From Deltaproteobacteria bacterium (GTDB lineage Bacteria; Myxococcota_A; Polyangia; Fen-1088): DNA of 56,086 nucleotides. A model generated the notes under the pieces. The model was not told the DNA's origin. It did not search any database and saw only the letters and a list, made by a program, of their open reading frames with translations. The position numbers and the translations under genes are program-made. Shown here piece after piece: positions 9,801 to 17,748 of the stretch (within the stretch, counting starts at the first letter, position 1; every line of letters starts with the position of its first letter). The stretch is taken from the NCBI GenBank assembly GCA_034439895.1, contig JAWXBF010000248.1:1-56086 (forward strand), in the 5' to 3' direction.

Positions 9801-9971
9801 CCGAAGTGGAGCAGGAGGACGCTCATCGCGAACAACCACCGCGGCCGCGTCCACAACCGATGCAACCGGTACCACCACGACTGCGACCGGATCCCGCGTC
9901 TCCTCCCTTTTTGTCGAGCAACCGGCAGCCGCCAGCAAAATCAACAGAGTCCGGACTTTATATCGAGCCAA
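6837..9971 (-). CDS. Large hypothetical lipoprotein (1044 aa) with repeated beta-propeller-like blades and a Cys-rich C-terminus
   Basis: TTG start, signal MARYKVRTLLILLAAAGCS. Recurrent blade-like motifs DAVYVADR, RGLFVAAPG, DTVFVTLND, EFVFVSSG, DRHVYWTE, GDYVFWDS, AESYYWIN. No enzymatic motif recognised. Confidence 0.75.
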   Translation of the reverse strand: MARYKVRTLLILLAAAGCSTKREETRDPVAVVVVPVASVVDAAAVVVRDERPPAPLRLVREGPPIAMVGDDAQVYFAVPASGQVLRLDRQTLKVSVFLDGLQEPTGLAQDLDAVYVADRRAGTIIRAEKAGDKPPQILASQMVEPTVVAMDERGLFVAAPGQLYSLSTEGGVPKAKAALSGNPRAMALDWDTVFVTLNDAVISVARGDGSTHRLPGSHPVVSALAVGPEFVFVSSGVQRLITRYAKKNRGSLALIDSGEWFEPASVRGLTPFGRTLLACTDEGSLRVNVADGTSDRVFDGPCDAVLPLPENKLLVRTENKLWVVANQARNRVLADHIDRVIHIGGNDVLAVRGRELISIEKRSARMSRVAAVSGHAMLHVKGNEIAGCDDEGYFTVDRLGRERKNHGLRYGCSGNTIDDEEVFVAQSEPNQIRIRGFSRAVMKTRTVDALSPEPVMEAVILDNVVQSMKNNRLNLFLQTTHRRIWTVGKRGQSPSVVVERPRDIDLWVVTDRHVYWTERTKVPQSDEASPTQLYRGNLDGLGVIPLTEAKGPDAFVENLEVAGDYVFWDSLSLAAGAVRRSGCRLSETEKVATRQVCFNPQNTTEVGNFRQIQARARGWEQDGMRFDLNANAGGSVVAEYLDIPVPRLLHEIPSQATSPIPGVAILSVGGKAPRSALSVGDGGVSWREAGRLMKWDTRTGKTLTGKDIPEGIRVSLASGVTPVVKAIDNTLVVFAVKGVTPEKSLLGWADHTGSPIVEGVPIVGIDAIVAIGEREVFVADARGISAVPFWGSLARGKVDGIARRLTTAHARSLSVDGDYVLFTNGHGWRVPVRGGTPERLMPAAQLLVADAESYYWINPDGDVHRAPKSNWPAVQGATLLPKTRWSYDETSGILRGPMQGSDDSLCVQQGSQRQCATAPATVGVNQTPGNSPDGRWQILAGPMPACAEACDGVLNLLDRDTGALWGFDSVRKAWVRGFPVLPCASGAKRCLAVQDVLAWEPDGSLFLNKFRLNPQKRVAEDRCPDRPDCGDMRRVSDAGVPSAH

Positions 9972-9992
9972 TTCTCTTGATGATGCCGGAAC

Positions 9993-10029
9993 AAAAAAAT
10001 GGGCGCAACTTTGCGGGTTGGGCCCATTT
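9993..10029 (-). terminator. Rho-independent terminator of the fibro-slime gene
   Basis: The minus-strand RNA reads AAAUGGGC-C-CAAC-[CCGCAAA]-GUUG-C-GCCCAUUU followed by UUUUGUU. That is 8+4 bp with one internal mismatch, 22 nt after the TAA stop at 10052-10054. Confidence 0.65.
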
Positions 10030-10051
10030 CAGAGTCAATGGCTGACTCGGC

Positions 10052-11083
10052 TTATTTCGGACACTTCGTAAAGGTGGCGTTCGTGCTCACGCGATATTTC
10101 GCGCCAGAAAGTTGGCGGTCCGCGAAAAACATCGCAATTGGGTACGACTTGCCACTTTCGAGACCCAGCTCGTTCGCGATGGGATCGAGGCTCGCCGAGG
10201 CCGGTGCAAAGCCATGCAATCCACCGCTGTCGATCGCGAGTTTCCCGTTGATGAAGACCCACGAATCATCGTCGCTTTCCGAGATGAAGATCTGGCTCTT
10301 GCCCCTTTCGTACAAGAACTCGGCGTTGATCTCGACGGTGAACAGCTGATTGTGGGCGTCGTCATCGGTCTTTTCGAGATCCGTGGCGGGCTTGTCCGTT
10401 CCGACGTAATCGGTGTTTCCAAGTCCATCCCCGTCGATTGGGAAGAACATTTCGCTGCCGAACGCATTCAGCTGGAGGGTGCGTTTCTCCACCATGAACT
10501 TGCGCACAAGTCCCTTCTTGCTCGCAGAATCGTTCCACCACTCGTCGAAGGAAGCGCTGCTCACCGATTGAACAAATCCGTTGGCATCCTTGAACTCGCC
10601 GGTCGTTGACAGTTTGGGTTTGCCGTTTTCAAGTGCGGTCTTGACCATCCCAGGAGCGGAGAGCGCGGGCGCCGCCGTCGCTGGGAACTGGAAATCGGCG
10701 TGTGAGCTCACGAAGTCTCGAACGGTTCCCGTGAGTTCGGTGCAGCCCGTAACGGCCGTTCCGCCGGTGCCACCCGTTGCGGCAGTGCCGCCCGTGCCGC
10801 CCGCCTTCGAGCCACCGGTTCCGCCCGCAGCCGTTCCGCCCGTCGCGGTCCCGCTGGTTCCGCCCGTCGCGGTCCCACTCGTTCCACCCGTCGCGGTCCC
10901 ACTGGTTCCACCGGTGGTCGCCTTGCCACCGGTTCCGCCCGCGGCCTTGCCTCCTGCGCCTCCCGAGGCCTTGCCCGCTGAGCCTCCCTTGTCGGAGCCG
11001 CCGCCCTCACCCCCTTCCGAGCCGGAGCCACCGGAGCATCCAAACAACAAGCCTGCCGCGATCCAAATGCCAAGACGCTTCAT
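10052..11083 (-). CDS. Fibro-slime domain-containing lipoprotein (PA14-like) with a Gly/Thr-rich repeat linker
   Basis: Signal MKRLGIWIAAGLLFGCSGG. C-terminal motifs CTELTGTVRDF..HADFQ, FFPIDGDGLGN, DDDSWVFINGKLAIDSGGLH and MFFADRQ..AKYRVSTN are typical of the fibro-slime family. ATG at 11083 (ORF track 11161 is an upstream alternative). Confidence 0.85.
   Translation of the reverse strand: MKRLGIWIAAGLLFGCSGGSGSEGGEGGGSDKGGSAGKASGGAGGKAAGGTGGKATTGGTSGTATGGTSGTATGGTSGTATGGTAAGGTGGSKAGGTGGTAATGGTGGTAVTGCTELTGTVRDFVSSHADFQFPATAAPALSAPGMVKTALENGKPKLSTTGEFKDANGFVQSVSSASFDEWWNDSASKKGLVRKFMVEKRTLQLNAFGSEMFFPIDGDGLGNTDYVGTDKPATDLEKTDDDAHNQLFTVEINAEFLYERGKSQIFISESDDDSWVFINGKLAIDSGGLHGFAPASASLDPIANELGLESGKSYPIAMFFADRQLSGAKYRVSTNATFTKCPK
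10833..10915 (-). repeat. In-frame 24-bp tandem repeat (about 3.5 copies) encoding (GTSGTATG)n inside the fibro-slime gene
   Basis: Units at 10833-10856, 10857-10880 and 10881-10904 (gttccgcccgtcgcggtcccgctg and near-identical copies), plus a partial fourth. Confidence 0.75.
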
Positions 11084-11250
11084 TTCCCTGTGTCCTTGTC
11101 TCAAGCTGACGTTTCCGTGCCGGTCCACGGCTGAAATACCGAGGCCCTCACGTTCAGCCAAAATCCCACTTCGGAGACCCGGTGGACATTGACGTAAGGG
11201 ATTGTCGCGTTGACGAACCCAGCCCTGGGCCGGTAGTTTGCTTCCGGCCC

Positions 11251-11646
11251 ATGCCCCTGCGTCACCTGAACCACGTCAACATCCGCACCGGTCAGCTGGC
11301 CGCAATGCAGGCGTTTTACAGCGGCGTCCTCGGCCTGGTTTCAGGGCCTCGACCGGGATTTTCCTTTGGCGGAGCCTGGATGTACTGCGAAACCCTCCCC
11401 GTGGTACATTTGGTTCAGGTCGAAGCAACCCCTTCCGCGGCACAAGACGGCTTGCGGCTAGAACATTTCGCGTTCGCCGCCGACGATCTGAACGAATTCC
11501 TCGAACGCCTGGCGAAACTCGGCGTGCCATACACGACGAGCAATCCGCCTGGATTCCCGATCCGGCAAATCCACCTTCACGATCCGGACGGCAACCACAT
11601 CCACATCGACTTCGAGAATCAGACAACGGCAGCGCGCCGCATCTAA
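11251..11646 (+). CDS. VOC (glyoxalase/bleomycin-resistance/dioxygenase) family protein
   Basis: MPLRHLNHVNIRT.. start and ..LEHFAF.. / IHLHDPDGNHIHIDF metal-ligand contexts typical of the VOC fold. ATG at 11251. Confidence 0.8.
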   Translation: MPLRHLNHVNIRTGQLAAMQAFYSGVLGLVSGPRPGFSFGGAWMYCETLPVVHLVQVEATPSAAQDGLRLEHFAFAADDLNEFLERLAKLGVPYTTSNPPGFPIRQIHLHDPDGNHIHIDFENQTTAARRI

Positions 11647-11724
11647 CGCAACAGGCCGGGTACTTAACCCCAACCTAGAGTCTGCCGATGGTGCTCGGAC
11701 CCCTTCTCAGAGATCGGGTCGAAG

Positions 11725-13422
11725 ATGAAGCCGCCCGAAACCACCCAGCTCGATCTTTCCCTCGAAAGCCTTCGCGCGCAGCAGCCCGAGCAGTATCGGC
11801 GTTGGGTCGTCGTGGGTGTTGTGTGTGCGTTCATTGGCTATTTCGCGAGTGCGCTTGCCACCCTGTTCCAGTTCGGATTCGCGGAAATGGCGCGGACCAC
11901 CGATCCGTACGCCACGGTTGTCCACGTCATCGCTCTCGGAATTCTCTATAAACTGGACAAGCCCGTTCTCGCAGCGGTGGTGACTTTGGCAGGCACCTGG
12001 ATGGACCTGCATGTTTCGTTGTACTTTTCAGGGTTATTTTCGACCTCGATCCTGGTTTTGCCGATTTTGATCATGGCCATTGGCCTTTTCCTGGGCGGGC
12101 GCGTTGCGACCCGGGTGGCACTGCTGACCGCCCTGACCTTCCCTGCCTTCATGGCTGCAGGCCAATTCCAAGGCATGCACCAGACGTTATCCGACAAAAA
12201 TGCCATCAACACCCTGGTTGCAGGCGAGGCGGTCCTGATCGCGACCGCGGCGCTTCTGTCGGTTTTTCTGAAGGCCTTTGCCCGCAGCCTCAAAGACCTC
12301 AAAAACGCGTTGAGCCGAACCGCTGACTTGCAGTCGCAACTGCAACACGCTCAAAAAATGGAAGCGCTTGGTTTGCTCGCCGGGGGCATCGCACACGACT
12401 TCAACAACCTGCTTACGGCCGTCGCGGGTTACGGCTCACTCATCTCCATGTCTCGCGATCCGGATACCCGTGATCTGGGCTCCGAGATCATCGCCGTTCA
12501 GGAACGGGGGTCCGCACTCGTACGGCAGTTGCTGGCATTCGCTCGCCAGGAGATAACCCGACCTAGACCCATCGACATCGCCTCGACCACGATGGAAATG
12601 GCGACGCTCGTCAATCGCTTGCTGGGTGAACGCATCACCCTCAGTCTCAATGTTGGCAAGGTTTGCCCGATCCTGGCGGATCCAGGTCAAATTGAACAAG
12701 TCATCCTGAACCTTGCGGCCAACGCGCGCGACGCCATGCCCGAAGGCGGCACATTCACCGTGAGTTGTGAAACCGACGACCATCAGGTGACGCTTTCGAT
12801 CGCCGATAACGGAGTCGGTATGGACGAGGCAACCCAGAAGCGAATCTTTGAACCATTCTTCACCACCAAGGAACGCGGACGGGGTACGGGACTTGGTCTC
12901 TCAACGGTCCACGGCATTGTCGGCGCATCGAACGGCACCATCACCGTTACCTCGACGGTCGGGGAAGGGTCCCGTTTCGAGATTGTTTGGCCCCGCACCG
13001 AGGAACCCATCGGTCAGCTAACGCCTGCGCCAACCGCATCACCTGTCATGGGCCACGGTCGCAACATCATCGTGGTCGAAGACAATGACAGTGCCCGTGC
13101 TGTCGTGCGGCGCATTCTCGCCCAGGCCGGGTTCACCGTCACCGTGGCACGCGATGGCGAAGAAGCGCTGTCCCTTATCCGCAAAGTGTCCGGACAGCCC
13201 GATCTATTTCTGACCGACGTCGTGATGCCTGGCATGACCGGACCGCAACTGCTTCGCAAGGTGCGGGAGCGTTGGCCGAACCTGCGCTTCCTCTTCATGT
13301 CTGGCTATCTTGGCGATATCGCGCAGGAGCATGAGTTTGATCCCACAACGGATCTCATCACCAAGCCCTTCACGCCGGAATTGCTGCTCGAACGCATCGA
13401 GTCCCGGATGCGCGCCGCCTGA
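11725..13422 (+). CDS. Hybrid sensor histidine kinase / response regulator with a multi-pass membrane N-terminus
   Basis: H-box GGIAHDFNNLLTAV, N-box NLAANARDAM, G1 DNGVGMD, G2 GTGLGLS. C-terminal REC domain IIVVEDND .. FLTDVVMPGMTG .. ITKPF. Confidence 0.9.
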   Translation: MKPPETTQLDLSLESLRAQQPEQYRRWVVVGVVCAFIGYFASALATLFQFGFAEMARTTDPYATVVHVIALGILYKLDKPVLAAVVTLAGTWMDLHVSLYFSGLFSTSILVLPILIMAIGLFLGGRVATRVALLTALTFPAFMAAGQFQGMHQTLSDKNAINTLVAGEAVLIATAALLSVFLKAFARSLKDLKNALSRTADLQSQLQHAQKMEALGLLAGGIAHDFNNLLTAVAGYGSLISMSRDPDTRDLGSEIIAVQERGSALVRQLLAFARQEITRPRPIDIASTTMEMATLVNRLLGERITLSLNVGKVCPILADPGQIEQVILNLAANARDAMPEGGTFTVSCETDDHQVTLSIADNGVGMDEATQKRIFEPFFTTKERGRGTGLGLSTVHGIVGASNGTITVTSTVGEGSRFEIVWPRTEEPIGQLTPAPTASPVMGHGRNIIVVEDNDSARAVVRRILAQAGFTVTVARDGEEALSLIRKVSGQPDLFLTDVVMPGMTGPQLLRKVRERWPNLRFLFMSGYLGDIAQEHEFDPTTDLITKPFTPELLLERIESRMRAA

Positions 13423-13458
13423 CCCTTACGCGACGACTCCGGAATCGACGGAAAATCG

Positions 13459-14571
13459 TTAGCGAAGCTTGAGCGTGAGCACAAGTCCCAGCACGGCACA
13501 CATGAACGACACGATCCAGAAGCGCACCACGATTCGGGATTCTGGCCAACCCAGCTTCTCGAAGTGGTGGTGGATCGGCGCCATCAGGAACACCCGCTTC
13601 TTGGTGCGTTTGTAATACGCAACCTGAATGATGTCGCTGACCGCCTCGGCGACGAACACGCCCCCGATGATCGGCAACGACGCCTCGGTCTTGGTCGCAA
13701 GCGCCACAAATCCAAGCGCACCTCCGAGCGAAAGCGCACCCACGTCGCCCATAAAAACCTGCGCGGGATGCGTGTTGTACCAGAGAAATCCGATGCCCGC
13801 GCCACCGATGGCGCCGCAAAAGATCGCAAGCTCGCCCGCGCCTTCCACGTGGGCAATCCCGAGATACGACGCCACGTTGAAACCGTTGAGCGTGGCTCCC
13901 GCGGCATAGGAAAGCAACATCAGCGAGAACGCACAGATGATGACGGGCCCTATCGCGAGTCCATCGAGGCCATCGGTCAAATTGACCGCATTGGAGGTTC
14001 CCACCACAACGATGAGCCCAAAGAAAATATAGAGGGGAAGCGATAATTCCGGCGAAAACCGGGCGATCGACACCATCGGCAACACAAGGCGGGTTCGCAT
14101 TTCCGGTGCCAATACGTCTCCCATCAACAGCCACGTGACCGCCACACCGCCCACCACGAACTGGGCTAGCAGCTTGTATCGAGCCGGAACTCCCTTTTTG
14201 TTGCGATGAACGATCTTGATGTAGTCGTCAACAAAGCCGAGTACGCCGTAGCCAACGGTTACAAATAGCGCGAGCCAGACGAGCTGACTGGTCAAATCGC
14301 ACCACAGTAAGGTTCCGAATGCGAGCGCAAGCAAGATGAGAGCGCCGCCCATCGTCGGTGTGCCTTGCTTGCTGGCATGCGACTTCGGACCATCCTCACG
14401 AATCACTTCACCGAGCTGTCTGGATCGGGCGCGGGCGATGAACCAGGGTGCCACAAAAAATGTGATGCCGAGGGCCGTCAAAGTCGCAAGACCCATTCGG
14501 GTCGACGTGTAACGAAACACATTGAACACCGAGTACTCGGAACGAAGCAGCGCAAAAAGATGAAAAAGCAC
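13459..14571 (-). CDS. mraY: Phospho-N-acetylmuramoyl-pentapeptide transferase
   Basis: MLFHLFALL..FNVFRYTSTR.., KQGTPTMGG, NAVNLTDGLDGLA, PIHHHFE. Located directly downstream of murF. Confidence 0.95.
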   Translation of the reverse strand: MLFHLFALLRSEYSVFNVFRYTSTRMGLATLTALGITFFVAPWFIARARSRQLGEVIREDGPKSHASKQGTPTMGGALILLALAFGTLLWCDLTSQLVWLALFVTVGYGVLGFVDDYIKIVHRNKKGVPARYKLLAQFVVGGVAVTWLLMGDVLAPEMRTRLVLPMVSIARFSPELSLPLYIFFGLIVVVGTSNAVNLTDGLDGLAIGPVIICAFSLMLLSYAAGATLNGFNVASYLGIAHVEGAGELAIFCGAIGGAGIGFLWYNTHPAQVFMGDVGALSLGGALGFVALATKTEASLPIIGGVFVAEAVSDIIQVAYYKRTKKRVFLMAPIHHHFEKLGWPESRIVVRFWIVSFMCAVLGLVLTLKLR

Positions 14572-14575
14572 GTTC

Positions 14576-16219
14576 CTACTTTCGTTTCCGGGCTGGCGTT
14601 GTCACACGTTTCGCGGCCTTGCGCTTCGACGCGGCCTTGCGCCTTGGCGCGGCCTTGCGCCTTGGCGTGGCCTTGCGCCTTGGCGTGGCCTTGCGCCTTG
14701 GCGCGGCCTTGGCCTTCTTCGCCGCTTTTGCTTTCTTCTTCTCTGGCTTCTTCGTTTTCTTCTTCGCTGGCTTCTTGGACGCTCCCAGAATCGCGTAGAC
14801 CGCGTCGACGGCGGCCTCTAGCCGCATGCCACGCGAGGCTTTGATGAGAATGGCGTCACCGGGAGCCGATAAACCCGCGACGACTCGAGCGGCTTCCGCA
14901 GCATCGTCGGTCGCGATCGCACGACCGACGCTCAGGCCCGCTTTCCGGGCCCCCGCCGCTATTAAACGGCCCAATTTTCCAACACCCGCCAGGGCAAAAA
15001 TGCCCTTTTTGACGGCCTCGGCGCCAAGCGTTTCATGCAGAGCCCGCTCATCGGGGCCCAGTTCCAACATGTCCCCGAGAATCGCAAAGGCGCGACCCGT
15101 TGCGGGCAACGAAGCTGCGAGTGTCGTGAGTGCGGCCGACATGGAGGCCGGATTTGCATTGTAGCAATCGTCGATGACGAGCCGTCCTCCGACCGAACGA
15201 ACGTGGCTTCGATGGGGCGGCAAGGCGACCTTGGAAAGCGCCGCTGCCGAGGGCGCGATCGGCAACCCGAGCGCCCAAACAACCGACAGCGCTGCGCAGG
15301 CATTGACCGCGTTGTGTGGCCCCGCAAGTGGCAATCGCAGCACAGCCGGATACTCACCCACGGAGACGCGGATCAGTGAATGACCACCGGCTTCCGGAAC
15401 GTAGTCCAAAAGCCGCACACCCGGCGAAAAGCCCGCACCGCGACCGAAATCCAGAAACGTGCCCGCGCCGAAGCGTACGATGCGTTCGGTCGGCACCAGG
15501 GCAAGGTCTGGGCCCAACATTGCCTCGTTGCCAGGCACAACCGCAGTGCCGCCGGGCGCAAGGGTCGTGTAAATTTCACCCTTCGCACGCGCGATTGCCT
15601 GAAGCGATCCCAGCCGCCCAAGATGGGCCGCGCCGACATTGGTCACGACCGCCACATGGGGACAGGCAATGCGGCCCAGGATTTCGATTTCCCCCGGCCC
15701 GCGCATCGCCATTTCCAAAACCCAGAAGGCCTCGTCGCCACGCGCCGACAGGATGGCTTGCGGCAGGCCGATTTCGGTATTCAGGTTGCCGGGCGATCGC
15801 AAGACCTTGCCGTGCGGGCCGAGCGCTGCTGCGATCAACTCCTTGGTGGTGGTCTTGCCATTCGAGCCCGTCACGCCAATGACAACACCCTGATACGTAT
15901 TGCGGATGGCATGTGCAAGCTTTCCCAGCGCCAAAACCGGATCATCCACAGCCAGCACCGGCACAGCGCCGACACCGTCCGGGCGGCCACGACCGCGCGC
16001 AACCACAACTGCCGCGGCACCGGCGCGCGCCGCTTGAGCGCAATACTCGAACCCATCCACCCGCTCGCCCTTGATGGCGAAGAACAATTGCCCACGCTCA
16101 ACCTTCCGGCCATCAACCGCAGCACCAAAACAAGTCTTTTGGGCAACGCCTTTGCCCTTCAAACCCGGCGGCGCCAGCAATTCGGCCCCCATAAACTCAA
16201 TGGCAAACTCCAGCTTCAT
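14576..16219 (-). CDS. murF: UDP-N-acetylmuramoyl-tripeptide--D-alanyl-D-alanine ligase with a 67-aa Lys/Ala/Pro/Arg-rich C-terminal tail
   Basis: Mur ligase P-loop GVTGSNGKTTTKE and dcw position between murE and mraY. The tail SKKPAKKKTKKPEKKKAKAAKKAKAAPRRKATPRRKATPRRKAAPRRKAASKRKAAKRVTTPARKRK ends 4 nt before the mraY start. Confidence 0.9.
   Translation of the reverse strand: MKLEFAIEFMGAELLAPPGLKGKGVAQKTCFGAAVDGRKVERGQLFFAIKGERVDGFEYCAQAARAGAAAVVVARGRGRPDGVGAVPVLAVDDPVLALGKLAHAIRNTYQGVVIGVTGSNGKTTTKELIAAALGPHGKVLRSPGNLNTEIGLPQAILSARGDEAFWVLEMAMRGPGEIEILGRIACPHVAVVTNVGAAHLGRLGSLQAIARAKGEIYTTLAPGGTAVVPGNEAMLGPDLALVPTERIVRFGAGTFLDFGRGAGFSPGVRLLDYVPEAGGHSLIRVSVGEYPAVLRLPLAGPHNAVNACAALSVVWALGLPIAPSAAALSKVALPPHRSHVRSVGGRLVIDDCYNANPASMSAALTTLAASLPATGRAFAILGDMLELGPDERALHETLGAEAVKKGIFALAGVGKLGRLIAAGARKAGLSVGRAIATDDAAEAARVVAGLSAPGDAILIKASRGMRLEAAVDAVYAILGASKKPAKKKTKKPEKKKAKAAKKAKAAPRRKATPRRKATPRRKAAPRRKAASKRKAAKRVTTPARKRK
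14613..14715 (-). repeat. In-frame 18-bp tandem repeat (about 5 units) encoding (PRRKA[T/A])n in the murF tail
   Basis: Plus-strand units of the type gcggccttgcgccttggc / gtggccttgcgccttggc repeat head-to-tail across 14613-14715. Confidence 0.75.
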
Positions 16220-17748
16220 GAATTGATGCTCCCCTCGCGCGCAGCGAACGCCCGTCGCGCTGATTCGCGATCGTCAAAATGAAATTTTTGTTGTCCCAGA
16301 ATTTGATAGTCCTCATGACCCTTGCCCGCGATGAGGACCACATCCCCCGGACGAGCGATTCCGATCGCGCATTCGATCGCAGCACGACGGTCAGGCTCGA
16401 TACATGCGCCGTTTTCGCCCGCAAGCGCCGCCGCCGCTTTCAGGATCACCCCGGCCTGCTTTACACCGAGCACGACGTGTTCAAGGATCGCGGCAGGATC
16501 CTCGGTTCGCGGATTATCCGAAGTGACAATCGCAACATCGGAAAGACGGGCTGCGATCTCACCCATGATTGGGCGCTTGCCCGCATCGCGATCCCCTCCG
16601 CAACCAAATACGGTGATGAGCCGTCCGCGACACAACGGTCGCAACGCCGCTAGTACCCGTTGCAACGCATCGGGCGTGTGTGCGTAGTCGACCGTACACA
16701 ACACGCCAAACCTGTTTTCAATTGCTTCGAGCCGTCCCGGAACCCCTGCCAGCGTCGCAATGCCGGCGACAATCGCGTCGGCGGAAAGACCCTGCGCGAT
16801 GCCGAGGCCGACCGACACGAGTAGATTCGACGCGTTAAAGTCGCCAACCAGGTGCGACTCGACCTCCAGGCGCCCAATCGGTGTCCGCAAGGTCAGCGCC
16901 AGCCCTTCGGCGTCGAGGTGGCGACCGAGAACCGCCACGTCGGCATCGGTCTGGTCCGAATGTGCCAAACGCAACACACGACCCCGCACGCGCGGCAGCA
17001 TTCGTCGGCCATCTTCCCGGTCGACCTGAAGAACCGCCGTCCCATCGGGTTCGAGTAACGCTTCAAAGAGAATCGCCTTGGCGTCAAAATACGCCGCCAT
17101 GGTCTTGTGGTAATCGAGGTGATCTTGCGTGACATTGGTGAGTGCTGCCGCGCGAAAGCGACAGCCCGAAAGCCGATGTTGTACGAGGGCGTGGGACGAA
17201 GCCTCAAGCACCACATCACAACACCCGGCACCCACCATCCGATCAAAAAGTTCGTGCAGGGCAAGTGATCCCGGCGTCGTCAGCGGCGCCTCCTCGTTGA
17301 TGCCAGCATAACGGTACACCACCGTGCCCACCATCCCGGGCCGCCGACCCGCCGCCGCCAACATCGATTCCACGATGTGGGCCGTGGTGGTTTTGCCGTT
17401 TGTTCCCGTCACGGCTGTCAGGGAAAGTCGCGTCAAAGCGGGAAAATTGGCGCGGGCAAGCCGTGCCAGTGCCAAACGTGGATCATCCACCCCGATAAAC
17501 TTTGCGCCCGTCGCACGCACCTGCGACGCCAGGTCTTTGTCATTCACCGCAACCACGGCGGCCGCACCCCGCAAAAGTGCGTCGGCCACAAATTCCCGCC
17601 CATGGTCCGCAACACCCGAAACCGCGACAAAGACACAGCCCGGTTCGACTTTTCGAGAATCGTCACACAGGCTGCTGAAGGAGGCTGGATCCGAGGGATC
17701 GTCCTGCAGCGCGAGCGCCTCTCGAACGGCCTCGATGGCAATTGCCAC
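16216..17748 (-). CDS. murE: UDP-N-acetylmuramoyl-L-alanyl-D-glutamate--2,6-diaminopimelate ligase
   Basis: P-loop AVTGTNGKTTT and the meso-DAP specificity motif DNPRTEDP. The GTG start shares one base with the ftsI stop. The stop overlaps the murF ATG (ATGA). Confidence 0.95.
   Translation of the reverse strand: MAIAIEAVREALALQDDPSDPASFSSLCDDSRKVEPGCVFVAVSGVADHGREFVADALLRGAAAVVAVNDKDLASQVRATGAKFIGVDDPRLALARLARANFPALTRLSLTAVTGTNGKTTTAHIVESMLAAAGRRPGMVGTVVYRYAGINEEAPLTTPGSLALHELFDRMVGAGCCDVVLEASSHALVQHRLSGCRFRAAALTNVTQDHLDYHKTMAAYFDAKAILFEALLEPDGTAVLQVDREDGRRMLPRVRGRVLRLAHSDQTDADVAVLGRHLDAEGLALTLRTPIGRLEVESHLVGDFNASNLLVSVGLGIAQGLSADAIVAGIATLAGVPGRLEAIENRFGVLCTVDYAHTPDALQRVLAALRPLCRGRLITVFGCGGDRDAGKRPIMGEIAARLSDVAIVTSDNPRTEDPAAILEHVVLGVKQAGVILKAAAALAGENGACIEPDRRAAIECAIGIARPGDVVLIAGKGHEDYQILGQQKFHFDDRESARRAFAAREGSINS

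Noticed and set aside
10581-11192. 203-aa Pro/Val/Ala-rich plus-strand ORF with striking PPV repeats
   Set aside because: It is the reverse-complement reading of the Gly/Thr repeat linker of the fibro-slime gene. The repeat is explained by that gene.
14613-14715. Regular short DNA repeats that could superficially suggest a CRISPR array
   Set aside because: The units are 18 bp, directly abutting with no spacers, in frame inside murF, and encode the PRRKAT repeat. This is a coding tandem repeat, not CRISPR.
15380-16282. 300-aa plus-strand ORF. Similar long ORFs lie at 17324-18142, 8946-9731, 13370-14134, 40006-40758, 47138-48608, 51141-52004 and 52173-53072.
   Set aside because: Each lies opposite a gene with strong motif support (murF, murE/ftsI, the propeller lipoprotein, mraY, the PEGA protein, the GT genes, thiD-like, the Gfo gene). 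All are high-GC antisense shadow ORFs.
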